A stretch of DNA of 64,000 nt from Candidatus Eiseniibacteriota bacterium (GCA_963776245.1 CAVZLN010000003.1:704001-768000); one strand, 5' to 3'. Positions 12,441-22,817 are shown, counted from the first letter of the stretch. Notes: generated by a model not told the origin, from the sequence alone. Translations and numbers: made by a program.

Positions 12441-12998
12441 ATGAGGCGGTTTCTCGACCGACTGCGAGGGCCATTCGAGCAGATCGCCCTGCGGGTCAGC
12501 TGGAAGCTGCTGATGATCATGTCGAACGAGCGCCGCATCCGCGTGCTGCGCACGCACGGGGTGCGCATCGGCAAGGACTGCCTGGTGTACACCACGCTGT
12601 TCTCGACCGAGCCCTACCTGGTGGAGATCGGCGACCATGTCGCGATCTCCTCCGGGACCAGTTTCGTCACCCACGACGCGTCCCCCTGGCTGTTCGAGGA
12701 CTGTCCCGACATGGACGTCTTCGGGCAGATCCGGGTCGGCGACAACACCTTCTTCGGCACCAATTGCACGGTGCTGCCGGGCACCCGGATCGGCTCGAAC
12801 TGCGTCATCGGCTCGGGCTCCGTGGTGCGCGGGGAGATCCCCGACGATTCGGTGGTGCTCGGGAACCCGGCCCGGATCGTGATGAAGACCCCGCTGTTGA
12901 AGCAGCTGCTGGTGAACCACAAGCACCGACTGGACACGCGCCACCTGCCACCCCGGGAGAAGGAGAAGGTCCTGCGGCGCCACTTCGGGCTCGCCTAG
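12441..12998 (+). CDS. Left-handed beta-helix (hexapeptide) acyltransferase
   Basis: IGKDCLV, IGDHVAI, VTHD, VGDNTFFG, IGSNCVIGSGSVV, GNPARI; GGAGG SD. Confidence 0.85.
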   Translation: MRRFLDRLRGPFEQIALRVSWKLLMIMSNERRIRVLRTHGVRIGKDCLVYTTLFSTEPYLVEIGDHVAISSGTSFVTHDASPWLFEDCPDMDVFGQIRVGDNTFFGTNCTVLPGTRIGSNCVIGSGSVVRGEIPDDSVVLGNPARIVMKTPLLKQLLVNHKHRLDTRHLPPREKEKVLRRHFGLA

Positions 12999-13071
12999 TC
13001 CGTGTCCGCGGGGCCGGCGAGCGGCCCACCCCACCCGGCCTGGCCGGGTCCGCGAGAAGGAGCACCCTGAG

Positions 13072-13314
13072 TTGGACATCCTGAACGAAGTCCGCGACTA
13101 CCTGCTGGCCGAGTTCCCGACCGAACGCACCTCCTTCACCCCGCAGGAGAACCTGCTCGCCCAGGGGGTCATCGACTCGATGGGATTGCTGAAGCTGGTG
13201 GGCTTCCTCGAGCAGCGCTTCGGCTTCGAGGCCGCTGACGCCGACATGGTCCCCGAGAACTTCGCGACCCTCGAGAAGATCCGCGACTTCGTCGAGCGGA
13301 AGAAGAGGGGCTGA
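13072..13314 (+). CDS. Acyl/peptidyl carrier protein
   Basis: 80 aa, acidic; phosphopantetheine site GVIDSMGLL; PENFATL; AAGGAG SD before TTG. Confidence 0.88.
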   Translation: MDILNEVRDYLLAEFPTERTSFTPQENLLAQGVIDSMGLLKLVGFLEQRFGFEAADADMVPENFATLEKIRDFVERKKRG

Positions 13315-13316
13315 CG

Positions 13317-14462
13317 ATGGATCTCTCGTTCACGCCCGAGCAGGTCGCCCTGCGCAGCGAGGTGGTCCGGTTCGCGAAGCGCGAGCTCAACGCCGGGCTC
13401 GTCGAGCGCGAGCGGGAGCACGCCTTCTCCCGCGAGCGCTGGGAGCAGTGCGCCGCCATGGGGATCCAGGGCCTGCCCTTCCCGCGCGAGTACGGCGGCG
13501 CGGATGCCGACATCGTGACCACGATGCTGGCGATGGAAGGCCTCGGCTACGGCTGCCACGACAGCGGACTGATCTTCGCGATCAACGCGCAGATGTGGGC
13601 CGTGCAGACCCCGCTCTGGCAGTTCGGGACCGCGGAGCAGAAGCGGAAATACCTCCCGCCGCTGTGCGGCGGCGAGTGGATCGGGGCGCATGGCATGTCG
13701 GAGCCGGGCGCCGGGTCCGACTCCTCGAGCATCTCCACCACCGCGGTCCGGCGCGGCGACCGCTGGGTCCTGAACGGGACCAAGACCTTCGTCACCAACG
13801 CTCCGATGGCGGACGTGTTCGTCGTTTTTGCGACCACCGATCCCGCGCAGGGCTTCATGGGGGTGACCGGGTTCGTGCTGGAGCGGGACACCCCCGGCTT
13901 CAGCGTGGGCAAGCCGATCGAGAAGATGGGCCTGCGCACCGCACCCATGGCCGAGCTGGTCTTCGAGGACTGCGCGCTGCCGCCGGACGCGCTGCTCGGC
14001 CCGGTGGGGGGCGGCGCCCGGGTGTTCGCGTCCTCGATGGAGTGGGAGCGCGGCTGCCTGCTCGCCAGTTACGTCGGCGCGATGGAACGCCAGCTCGAGA
14101 CGTGCATCGAGTACGCGAACACCCGGCGGCAGTTCAACCGTCCGATCGGCAGGTTCCAGTCGGTGGCGAACAAGATCGTCGACATGAAGGTGCGCATGGA
14201 GACGGCGCGGCTGCTGCTGTACCGGGTCGGATGGCTCAAGTCGGCTCAGCAGGAGGCGGTGATCGACGCCGCGATCGCCAAGCTCTACCTGAGCGAGGTG
14301 TGGGTGCAGTCCTGCCTCGACGCCATCCAGATCCACGGCGGGTACGGCTACATGACCGAGTACGAGCTCGAGCGCGACCTGCGCGATTCGGTGGCGGGCC
14401 GCATCTACTCGGGGACGTCCGAGATCCAGCGCAACATCATCGCGGCGAAGCTCGGACTGTGA
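13317..14462 (+). CDS. Acyl-CoA dehydrogenase family, L-prolyl-PCP dehydrogenase-like (PltE/RedW/AnaB type)
   Basis: MSEPGAGSD, LNGTKTFVTN, SMEWERGCLLA, QIHGGYGY, IYSGTSEIQR; lies next to a carrier protein. Confidence 0.85.
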   Translation: MDLSFTPEQVALRSEVVRFAKRELNAGLVEREREHAFSRERWEQCAAMGIQGLPFPREYGGADADIVTTMLAMEGLGYGCHDSGLIFAINAQMWAVQTPLWQFGTAEQKRKYLPPLCGGEWIGAHGMSEPGAGSDSSSISTTAVRRGDRWVLNGTKTFVTNAPMADVFVVFATTDPAQGFMGVTGFVLERDTPGFSVGKPIEKMGLRTAPMAELVFEDCALPPDALLGPVGGGARVFASSMEWERGCLLASYVGAMERQLETCIEYANTRRQFNRPIGRFQSVANKIVDMKVRMETARLLLYRVGWLKSAQQEAVIDAAIAKLYLSEVWVQSCLDAIQIHGGYGYMTEYELERDLRDSVAGRIYSGTSEIQRNIIAAKLGL

Positions 14463-14481
14463 CCGCGACGGCCGTGGCGGC

Positions 14482-16131
14482 TCAGGCGGGTCCGGGGCCC
14501 GGGGCCCCGAGGCCCCGCACGAGCCCGACGCGGTCCACCTTGCCGGTCGAGGTGCGGGGAAGCGCCGGCAGCCACAGGATGCTCTCGGGCACCATGTAGC
14601 GTGGCAGCCGCGCCACGCAGTGGCGCTGGAGCGCGTGCTCGCTGAGCGTGGCGCCCTCGCGGACGACCACGGCGGCGAACAGGCGGAACTGTCCCTCGGC
14701 ATCCGGCACCGCGAGCGCCGCGGCGTCGGCCACCTCCGGGTGGTCGAAGAGTGCGGCCTCCACGTCGCCCAGCTCGATACGGTAGCCGCGCACCTTGACC
14801 ATCGCGTCGCGTCGCCCGAGGAAGGCCAGCCCGCCGTCCTCCATCCTCCGCACCACGTCGCCGGTGCGGTAGAAGGGGCCGCCCCCGCGGTTCGGCCGCG
14901 GGTCGGGCACCAGCGAGCGGTGCGTGCGCTCGGCATCGTTCCAGTAGCCCTGGAGCACGCTGTCGCCGCGCACCCACAGCTCGCCTTCCTCGCCGGGGCC
15001 CGCCTCGCGCGCGCCGTCGGCGACGATCAGCAATTCAGCGTAGGGACACGCCACGCCGATCGGCAGCGGCTCGCGCCGGCCTTCGAGGATCGGGCCGGCG
15101 ACGCGGTGGAAGGTGCACACATTGGTCTCGGTCGGCCCGTACCAGTTCTGCAGCGCCACGCCCGGCAGCTCGCCCTGGAGCGCGCGCAGCGCCTGGATCG
15201 GGAACACCTCCCCCGCGAAGAGCACCACGCGCAGGCGCGGGCGGTGGGTGGTGAAGGCGCGGGTGGCCGCCATCTTCGCGAGGATCGAGGGCACCGAGTA
15301 CCACACCGTGAGCCCCTGCGCCGCGATCCACTCCGCCAGCGGGAGCGGGAAGTAGCTCAGCGCGCCGGGCACCAGATGGACGCTCGCCCCGGCGAGGAAC
15401 GCGGCATAGAGATCGAACACCGAGAGGTCGAAGTGGAACGGGGCGTGGCTCGAGAGCCGGTCCTGGGGCCGCAGCGAGAGTTCGTCCGCGGCCCAGCGCA
15501 CGAACGCGAGCGCGTTGAGATGGGAGAGCATCACGCCCTTGGCCTGCCCGGTCGAGCCCGAGGTGTAGAGCACGTAGGCGAGGTCGCTCGCACCCGGGGG
15601 CTCCGGCAGCGGGCCGCGCTCGCCCGCGACCACCTCGTCGAGCCGGACCGTGGCCAGGGCGGGCGGGACGGCGCCGGACGCCGGAGCGGTCCCGCCCGCG
15701 AGCACCAGCAGCCGCGGCGCCGGGGCGCCCTCGCCCTCGAGCAGCCCGGCGCGACGCTCCAGTTCGTCGGCCGTGGTCACCAGCGCCGCCACGCCCGCGT
15801 CCGCGAGGATGGCGCGCGCGCGCCGCATCGGGGCGCCGGGGTCCACCGGGACGTAGGCCGCGCCCGCGCGCATGGCGCCGAGCAGGGCGATCACCGCGTC
15901 GGCCGACTTGGGGAGCAGCAGGCCCACCCGGTCGCCGCGCCGGACCCCGGCGGCGGCGAGCGTGCGGGCCAGGCGCGCGGACGCCTGTTCCAGTTCCCCG
16001 TAGGTGCACGCGCGCTCGCCATCCACCAGCGCGAGCGCGGCGGGATCGCGTCGCGCGGCGGCCTCGACCAGCTCCGAAAGGGAGGCGGGCGCGCCGGCGG
16101 GCTCGCGGGAAGATGGAAGGGTCGATGCCAT
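14482..16131 (-). CDS. Stand-alone amino-acid adenylation domain, L-proline-activating type (PltF/RedM-like)
   Basis: YTSGSTGQAKG, FHFDLSVFD, WYSVPS, FAGEVFP, YGPTETNVC, YRTGD, GYRIELGDVE, TSTGKVD. Confidence 0.85.
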   Translation of the reverse strand: MASTLPSSREPAGAPASLSELVEAAARRDPAALALVDGERACTYGELEQASARLARTLAAAGVRRGDRVGLLLPKSADAVIALLGAMRAGAAYVPVDPGAPMRRARAILADAGVAALVTTADELERRAGLLEGEGAPAPRLLVLAGGTAPASGAVPPALATVRLDEVVAGERGPLPEPPGASDLAYVLYTSGSTGQAKGVMLSHLNALAFVRWAADELSLRPQDRLSSHAPFHFDLSVFDLYAAFLAGASVHLVPGALSYFPLPLAEWIAAQGLTVWYSVPSILAKMAATRAFTTHRPRLRVVLFAGEVFPIQALRALQGELPGVALQNWYGPTETNVCTFHRVAGPILEGRREPLPIGVACPYAELLIVADGAREAGPGEEGELWVRGDSVLQGYWNDAERTHRSLVPDPRPNRGGGPFYRTGDVVRRMEDGGLAFLGRRDAMVKVRGYRIELGDVEAALFDHPEVADAAALAVPDAEGQFRLFAAVVVREGATLSEHALQRHCVARLPRYMVPESILWLPALPRTSTGKVDRVGLVRGLGAPGPGPA

Positions 16132-16330
16132 ACTCGGATCACCGGTGCGGGTGGAGATGCAGGGGACCGCGCGGGATACCTCGTCGCTCGGCGGCGGCGG
16201 GAGACTACCGAGGACGTCGCCGGATGGTCAATCCATGGGCCGACGCAGGGATCGCAGCGCGGACCGCGCGCGGTCAGAGGTCCGCGGACCGAACCCGCCG
16301 TGACCCCTCGCGGGGTGTCCGCGCCGGCCT

Positions 16331-17764
16331 TCAGTCGTGGGCCGGCGGCAGGTCCTGCGGCCCGCGCAGCGGCGGGCGCTCGCGATGGAAGCGCGTGCGC
16401 CTCTGGTAGGCCTCGCCCACCGCGAGCACGGTGGCCTCGTCGAACGGGGCGCCGGTGATCTGGAATCCCGCGGGCATGTGTGCCTTGCCGAACCCGCACG
16501 GCAGCCCGAGCGACGGCAGGCCGCAGGTGTTGCCGAACGCGCCCACCGGATCGCCGTAGGGGAGCGCGGTGTAGAGGTCGTCTTCGATGCGCGAGGCGAC
16601 CGACAGGAAGTTGGGTGTCACGATCACGTCGCACGAGCGGAAGAACCCGGCCATCGCCCGCTGGATGCGGGCGCGGATGCGCCACGCCTTCACCAGATCG
16701 GCGCCGGTCAGCGCGGCGTTGATTTCGGGCTGATGCGGGGCGAAGACATCCTTGAGCAGGCGCACCCGCCCGTCGCGGTAAAATGACTCGAACGCCGAGA
16801 GCGCCTCGGCGGTGATGATGGTCCCCGCCACTTCCGCGGCCGGCAGCTCGGGCAGCTTCGCCTCGGTCAGCCGGAGCCCCGCGGCCCGCAGCTCGGCCAC
16901 CGCGCCGTCGAAGGCGGCCTTCACCTCGGGCTCGCCGCCGGCGGAGAAGTCCATCGGCACCAGCGCGGCGCGCAGCGAGGACAGCGGCTTCGGCGACTTG
17001 TGGACCAACCGCACCGGCTCCTGCGCACTGGTCGGATCCTCCGGGTCTGCACCGGCGATGGCCTGCAGGATGAGCCGGCAGTCCTCGGCGCTGCGCGCGA
17101 GCGGGCCGACCTTGTCGTAGGTCGAGGAGCACGCCATCGCGCCGGCGCGGCTCACGCGCCCGTAGGTGGGACGCAGGCCGGTGATCCCGCAGAACGCCGA
17201 CGGGCACAGGATGGAGCCCCACGTCTCGGTGCCGAGGGCGAAGGCCGCGAGCCCGGCCGCGACCGCGGCGCCCGAGCCCGACGACGATCCCCCGGTCCAG
17301 CGATCGGTCCCCCATGGATTGCGCGAAGGTCCGTCGATCGAGGCGTTGGCGTAGCGATACCCCAGCCCGCCGGCGAACTCGATCATCGCGGTCTTGCCGA
17401 GCAGGATCGCGCCCGCCTCGCGCAGCCGGCGGACCACCGTCGCGTCGCGGTCGAACACCTGGTCCCGGCACGCCGCGGTGCCCCAGGTGGTGCGCACGCC
17501 GGCGCACGCGAACAGGTCCTTGGCGCCGTACGGGACGCCGTGCAACGGGCCGCGCCAGCGCCCCGCGACCAGCTCGCGCTCGGCGAGCCGCGCCTGCTCG
17601 AGCGCCAGGTCGTGCGTGACGGTCGTGAACGCGTTGAGGCGCGGATTGAGCGACTCGATGCGGCGCAGGTACGAGAGCGTCAGTTCCACCGGTGAGAGCT
17701 GCTTCGCCCGCAGGCCGCGCGAGAGCTCGGACACGCTCTGGAACAGGATGTCGTCGCCGTACAT
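16331..17764 (-). CDS. Amidase-signature family enzyme (GatA/AtzE-like)
   Basis: GPLHGVPYGAKD, GGSSSGS, GTETWGSI. Confidence 0.9.
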   Translation of the reverse strand: MYGDDILFQSVSELSRGLRAKQLSPVELTLSYLRRIESLNPRLNAFTTVTHDLALEQARLAERELVAGRWRGPLHGVPYGAKDLFACAGVRTTWGTAACRDQVFDRDATVVRRLREAGAILLGKTAMIEFAGGLGYRYANASIDGPSRNPWGTDRWTGGSSSGSGAAVAAGLAAFALGTETWGSILCPSAFCGITGLRPTYGRVSRAGAMACSSTYDKVGPLARSAEDCRLILQAIAGADPEDPTSAQEPVRLVHKSPKPLSSLRAALVPMDFSAGGEPEVKAAFDGAVAELRAAGLRLTEAKLPELPAAEVAGTIITAEALSAFESFYRDGRVRLLKDVFAPHQPEINAALTGADLVKAWRIRARIQRAMAGFFRSCDVIVTPNFLSVASRIEDDLYTALPYGDPVGAFGNTCGLPSLGLPCGFGKAHMPAGFQITGAPFDEATVLAVGEAYQRRTRFHRERPPLRGPQDLPPAHD

Positions 17765-17765
17765 G

Positions 17766-18053
17766 TCAGCGCTCCGCGCGCGGGGCGCGCAGCGGCTGGA
17801 ACGCGAACGCCTGATCGTCGCCGTTCTCGAGCGGGAATTCGCGCAGCACCTTCAGCGTCTGGGCCAGCGCGCCCTGCTGCCGGGCGATCTCGGCGGCGAG
17901 CGCCGTGTCCGGCCGGGCCGCGGGCCGCGGCGCCGGCTTCGCGGCGCGCTTCGCCGGCTTCGCGGCCGCCGCGAGCGCGGAGGACGGAGCCACCATCGCG
18001 GCCGCGGCGCCCGCGGCCACGACCTTGAGGAACCGCCTTCTCGACTTCTTCAT
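17766..18053 (-). CDS. Small Tat-signal protein, probable amidase partner (AtzG/GatC-like)
   Basis: SRRRFLK twin-arginine motif; Ala/Pro/Lys linker; C-terminal LREFPLENGDDQAFAFQP; stop 1 nt before the amidase start. Confidence 0.6.
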   Translation of the reverse strand: MKKSRRRFLKVVAAGAAAAMVAPSSALAAAAKPAKRAAKPAPRPAARPDTALAAEIARQQGALAQTLKVLREFPLENGDDQAFAFQPLRAPRAER

Positions 18054-18487
18054 GGGGCCGCCTTTCGCGTCAGGTCACGCCGTTCGAAGGCCTCCAACCG
18101 CGCCCGCAGGTCGGGGGGGCAGGCAAGAGTCTGCTTGGTCGCGTAGTCGTAGCACACCTGCACCGAGGTCGCTTCCACCACCAGGCGGCCGCTCGACTCC
18201 TCGCGGATCTCGTAGGCGAACGCGAACGAGCGATTCCCCACCCAGTCGCAGCGGATGCCGAGCAGCAGCCGTTCGTGGACCAGCGCCTCGGCGCGGAAGT
18301 CGATGCTCACGTGCGCGAGGATGAACGGCACCCGTCCGTAGTCGTGCGCGTCCGCGAGGCGCCGCCAGTACTCCTGGCGCGCGACCTCGAGGTAGGTGAC
18401 GTAGACCGCGTTGTTGACGTGCCCCATCGCGTCGGTGTCGCGGAAGCGCGGGGAGAGGGGCTGGACCACGTGGAAACCGGGGATCAC
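18050..18487 (-). CDS. Acyl-CoA thioesterase (4HBT/YbgC hot-dog family)
   Basis: RFRDTDAMGHVNNAVYVTYLEVAR; GTG start after GAGG. Confidence 0.88.
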   Translation of the reverse strand: MIPGFHVVQPLSPRFRDTDAMGHVNNAVYVTYLEVARQEYWRRLADAHDYGRVPFILAHVSIDFRAEALVHERLLLGIRCDWVGNRSFAFAYEIREESSGRLVVEATSVQVCYDYATKQTLACPPDLRARLEAFERRDLTRKAAP

Positions 18488-18731
18488 CGGCGGGACCTCG
18501 GGGCTCGGGGTGCGCGCCCGGAAAGCGGCGCGATCCGGGCGCCAGGGATGGATGCGGGGGCCCGGCTCAACGGCCGGCCCGTTCCGTGCGCATCCTTGAG
18601 CGGCCGCCGCACGGCGGTCAAGCCCGCGCGTGCCCGGCGGGGGCCGGTGGCCGCGGCGCGGGCGCCCCGCGGCCACGCGCCGAGGATGATGTAGAATCTC
18701 CCCCGGCCCGCTCGAATCCCAACCCCTGACC

Positions 18732-19569
18732 ATGCCCGACGAACCCACTTCCGGCTTCCTCGAACGTCTCGCTGCCGCGCGGCGCAGGCACCTCCTGCCG
18801 CCGGGGCTGCGCGCGCGCGCCCGAGGAGGTGGTGGAGACCCTGCTCGCGCTGCTGTTCCCGCACTTCGCCGCCGGCGGCAGCGAGCCCGGCACGCTCGCC
18901 GACGAGCTGCGCGCGGCCCGCGAGCGGGTGGAGGCGTTCATCGCCTCGCACCCGGCGAGCGCGCCGCGCGCGGCCGCCATCGCCGAGGTGTTCTGCGCCC
19001 GCCTGCCGCAGGTGCGCGAGGCGCTGCTCGAGGACGCGGCCGCCACCGACGAGGCCGATCCGGCCGCCCAGAGCGTGGACGAGGTCATCATCACCTACCC
19101 CGGCTTCTACGCGCTGGCGTGCTACCGCCTGGCGCACGAGCTCCACCGCCTCGGCGTGGAGCTGCTGCCGCGGCTGATCACCGAGGTGGCGCACCGCGAG
19201 ACCGGCATCGACATCCATCCCGGCGCGCGCATCGGGCGCGCCATCTCGATCGACCACGGCACCGGCATCGTCATCGGGGAGACCACGGTGATCGGCGACC
19301 GGGTGCGCATGTATCAGGGCGTCACGCTCGGCGCGCTCAGCGTGCGCAAGCACGAGGCCGACGCCCAGCGCCATCCGACCATCGGGGACGACGTCGTGCT
19401 CTACGCCAACGCCACCATCCTCGGCGGCCGCACCGTGGTGGGCGCGGGGAGCATCATCGGCGGCAACGTGTGGCTCACCCACAGCGTGCCGCCGGGCACC
19501 ATCGTCACCGAGGGCGCGAGCAGCGAGAAGCGATTGGCCGCGGAAGTGGAGCGATCCAGCAAGGACTAG
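18732..19569 (+). CDS. cysE: Serine O-acetyltransferase with one +1 frameshift near 18821 (probable sequencing error)
   Basis: [37 protein letters not shown]; the N-terminus [13 protein letters not shown]... joins EEVVETLL if one C of CCC 18820-18822 is removed. Confidence 0.85.
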
Positions 19570-19603
19570 CCGCGCCGCCCCACGGCGCAGAAGGAAAGAA
19601 CCC

Positions 19604-20515
19604 ATGCGCGCGAACACCATCCTCGAGACCATCGGCGACACCCCCCACCTGCGACTCCAGCGCCTGTTCGGACGACGCGCCGAGGTGTGGGTCAAGCTCG
19701 AGCGCGCGAACCCCGGCGGGAGCATCAAGGACCGCATCGCGCTGGCGATGATCGAGGACGCCGAGAAGCGCGGCGTGCTCGTGCCGGGCACCACCATCAT
19801 CGAGCCCACCTCGGGGAACACCGGGATCGGCCTCGCGCTGGTCGCGGCGGTGAAGGGCTACCGGGTCGTGCTGGTGATGCCCGAGTCCATGTCGGTCGAG
19901 CGCCGCCGCATCATGGCGGCGTACGGGGCCGCGCTCGAACTCACCCCGCGCGAACTGGGCATCAACGGCGCCATCGCGCGCGCGACCGAGCTGGTCGCCG
20001 CCACGCCCGGGGCCTGGATGCCGCAGCAGTTCGAGAACCCCGCGAACCCCGCCGTGCACCGTGACACCACGGCGCGCGAGATCGCGCGCGACTTCCCCGC
20101 CGGGCTCGACGTGCTGATCACCGGGGTCGGCACTGGCGGGCACATCACCGGGGTCGCGCAGGCGCTCAAGCGGACCATGCCGGGGCTCCGGGCGTTCGCG
20201 GTCGAGCCGACCAAGTCGTCCGTGATCGCGGGCGGGACGCACAGCCCGCACAAGCTGCAGGGCATCGGCGCCGGGATCATCCCCGCGGTGCTCGACCGGA
20301 CGGTGCTCGACGGCACCATCTCGGTGACCGAGGAGGACGCGTTCGCCTACGCGCAGCGGGCGGCCCGCGAGGAAGGGCTGTTCATCGGCCCGTCCTCCGG
20401 CGCCTCGCTCGCCGCGGTGGCGCAGAAGCTCTCCGAGCTCGGCGACGGCGCGCGCGTGCTCACGTTCTGCTACGACACCGGCGAGCGCTATCTCTCGGTG
20501 GACGGCCTGTTCTAG
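19604..20515 (+). CDS. cysK: Cysteine synthase A
   Basis: [11 protein letters not shown] (PLP lysine), [33 protein letters not shown]. Confidence 0.95.
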   Translation: MRANTILETIGDTPHLRLQRLFGRRAEVWVKLERANPGGSIKDRIALAMIEDAEKRGVLVPGTTIIEPTSGNTGIGLALVAAVKGYRVVLVMPESMSVERRRIMAAYGAALELTPRELGINGAIARATELVAATPGAWMPQQFENPANPAVHRDTTAREIARDFPAGLDVLITGVGTGGHITGVAQALKRTMPGLRAFAVEPTKSSVIAGGTHSPHKLQGIGAGIIPAVLDRTVLDGTISVTEEDAFAYAQRAAREEGLFIGPSSGASLAAVAQKLSELGDGARVLTFCYDTGERYLSVDGLF

Positions 20516-20530
20516 GCGGATCGCCCGCGG

Positions 20531-21877
20531 TCAGAACGCGTTCAGCGGGTACGCGAACGCCGGCCGCGCGACGAACCAGCGCTCGACGACCTCCGCCGCG
20601 CCGCCGCTCGCGTCGAGCAGGCCGGCCTCGGCCGCGCGCGCGGGCGAGAGCGTGCCGGCCAGCAGCGGGCCGAGCGCGTCGGCGGGCACCTTCAGGCGCG
20701 GTAGGCCGCGCGCGGCGCCCGCGCTCTCGGGGCGCACCATCAGCCCGCCCTCGCTGGCGCGCACGCGCCACGCGCGCGCGTTGGGGGCGAGCACGCCGTC
20801 GTCCACCTCGAGCGCCACCTCGCCCCGCGCCAGCGGGCTCACCGGCAGCCGCTCGAGGGCGAGCTTCACGTCGGTGACGCGCAGCATCATCCCGTGCGCG
20901 ACATTGCCGGTGTCGTGGAGCACGCCCATGGCGGCGCCCGGGCGCAGGTTCTGCGCGCTCCGCAGCAGGGCGAGCCAGGCACCATCGGCAGGCGCGGCGT
21001 ACTGGATCTCGCGCACCTGGTCGGCGAGCGCGGCGAGGTGGCCGACCAGCCCGCGGTGCGCCTCGGGCGTGGCGGCGACGAACTCCGAGAGCGTGAGCGC
21101 GAGCTCGAACGGGCCGTCGCTGGCGTCCGCCTCGTAGTGGAGATAGCCCTCGACCTGCCCGCGGCGCTTGCCCTCGTACACCACCCAGTCGCCGGGATAG
21201 GTCCACAGCCGCTGCGACCACCACGCGGAGGTGCGCGCCAGCGCGAAGTGCCCCTGCGACGCCACGCGCTCGTAGAGCGCCTCGACATGCGGCCGGTCGG
21301 GGAGCATCAGCCGGCGCACGCGGCGCGACTCGTCCGAGACCGGCAGGTTGGCGGGGGCCACCGCCAGTTGATGGACGATCTCGGACACTCCCCAGCCGAG
21401 CCGGCGGAAGTACGAGCCGCGGAACGCGTAGAGTCCGCACAGCGCGTCGCCGCGCTGCCGCAGCTCGCGCAGCGCGGCGCGCAGGAGCGCCTCGCCGACG
21501 CCCCGGCGGCGATGCTCGGGGCTCACCGCGACCGAGCCGACGCCGGTGAGCGGCACGCGCTGGCCGCGCACGAACACGGTGAGCGGATAGAGCACCAGCG
21601 ACGCGACGATCTGGCCGTCGAGCTCGCCGACGCGCACGTCGCGCAGTCCGAAGCGCGGGTGGTCGGTGTAGAAGTCGCGGCGCTTCTCGAGGCTGCTCAC
21701 CCGGTAGGCACGGTGCCCGAGTTCGGCGAGGGTCTCGACGTCGGTGCGGCGCGCCGGTCGGTAGCGCAGCGCGAGCGGACGCGGGCGGCTCATGGGCTGG
21801 GCCGGCCGGGCCGGAAGGGACAGCGCTTCGCCGGGTGTGCCGTGCGTGACGATCGAGTGGGCCGCGTTCCGTCTCAT
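20531..21877 (-). CDS. Eis-family GNAT acetyltransferase with SCP2-like C-domain
   Basis: VAVSPEHRRRGVG motif A; LYAFRGSYFRRLGW; LRVTDVKLALE; alternative start ATG 21793. Confidence 0.85.
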   Translation of the reverse strand: MRRNAAHSIVTHGTPGEALSLPARPAQPMSRPRPLALRYRPARRTDVETLAELGHRAYRVSSLEKRRDFYTDHPRFGLRDVRVGELDGQIVASLVLYPLTVFVRGQRVPLTGVGSVAVSPEHRRRGVGEALLRAALRELRQRGDALCGLYAFRGSYFRRLGWGVSEIVHQLAVAPANLPVSDESRRVRRLMLPDRPHVEALYERVASQGHFALARTSAWWSQRLWTYPGDWVVYEGKRRGQVEGYLHYEADASDGPFELALTLSEFVAATPEAHRGLVGHLAALADQVREIQYAAPADGAWLALLRSAQNLRPGAAMGVLHDTGNVAHGMMLRVTDVKLALERLPVSPLARGEVALEVDDGVLAPNARAWRVRASEGGLMVRPESAGAARGLPRLKVPADALGPLLAGTLSPARAAEAGLLDASGGAAEVVERWFVARPAFAYPLNAF

Positions 21878-22077
21878 GCGAGCGCCAGACTAGCCACCCG
21901 CGCGCGCGAGGGGAAGCGGGATGTCGCGCGCCGGCGGGGCCCGGGCACCGCGCTTGTGAGCGACCGGAGGGCTCTGTTACGGTTTCGCGCCTGTCTACGG
22001 CCCGCGACACCACAGGCGACGGGCCTCGCGGCCTCGACCGGGCGGCCGATGGTGTGCGACTCGAAAGGAGCACCGCT

Positions 22078-22710
22078 GTGATCCGGAATCTGGGGATGCG
22101 ATCGGCGATGGCGGCCTGCGCGCTGGCCGGCGCCGTCGTGTGGTCAACCGCCGCGGAGGCCGCGACGGATTCGTGGGCGAAGGGAGCCCAGTGGATGTCG
22201 CTGCGGGCCGGCTACGCCACGCAACTGGGGGACGCGACCGGCCAGGGCGGCGCCGGGTACGGCTTCGGCTACAGCCGCATGCTGAACAAGCGGTGGGCGC
22301 TCGGCCTGTACGCGCATCACGAGGTGCTCTCGAAGTCGGGCGCGGCCTCGCAGATGGTGTTCCCGTTCACCGCCGAACTGGTGCGGCATTACAAGTGGCG
22401 CACCGAATTGCATCCCTACCTGGGGCTGGGCGGCGGCGGGTTCAACGCGCGCACCACCCGCAGCGGCGAGGATCACATCCGCCCGCGGACCGGCTACTAC
22501 GTCGTCCTCGGGGCGAACACGCCGATCGACCCGCACCAGGTGCTCGGCCTGGACCTGCGCGTCGTGCGCTTCGAGGGCGAGACCCGGCCGGTCAATGTCG
22601 TCTTCGATTCCCCGCGGGACCTGGCCCTGCACCCGGGCGCGACCCAGCTCCACACCGGGCCCACCTGGTCGAACCTGAGCCTGAAGCTCAACTGGTCGTA
22701 CACCTACTGA
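22078..22710 (+). CDS. Outer-membrane beta-barrel protein
   Basis: AAGGAG SD before GTG; signal peptide; PYLGLGGG strand; C-terminal LNWSYTY. Confidence 0.72.
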   Translation: MIRNLGMRSAMAACALAGAVVWSTAAEAATDSWAKGAQWMSLRAGYATQLGDATGQGGAGYGFGYSRMLNKRWALGLYAHHEVLSKSGAASQMVFPFTAELVRHYKWRTELHPYLGLGGGGFNARTTRSGEDHIRPRTGYYVVLGANTPIDPHQVLGLDLRVVRFEGETRPVNVVFDSPRDLALHPGATQLHTGPTWSNLSLKLNWSYTY

Positions 22711-22764
22711 CCCACGCGGCGCCCGCATAGTCCGCGCGGGCCTCCCGGCCGCCGGCTGCGCCAT

Positions 22765-22817
22765 CCGCCCCGCGTCGCGATCCCGTCGTCTGACGGCGTC
22801 CCGCCGACGCGGGGCGG
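22765..22817. terminator. Extended stem-loop between convergent genes
   Basis: 13-bp inverted repeat CCGCCCCGCGTCG/CGACGCGGGGCGG enclosing CCGTC-gtct-GACGG. Confidence 0.4.

Noticed and set aside
14482..16131. dltA/dltC D-alanylation system
   Set aside because: No DltB/MBOAT or DltD; a linked acyl-CoA dehydrogenase and TETNVC motif favour the prolyl pathway
16331..17764. gatA of the tRNA amidotransferase
   Set aside because: No gatB adjacent; GTETWGSILCP differs from the usual GSDTGGSIRQP; the partner has a Tat signal
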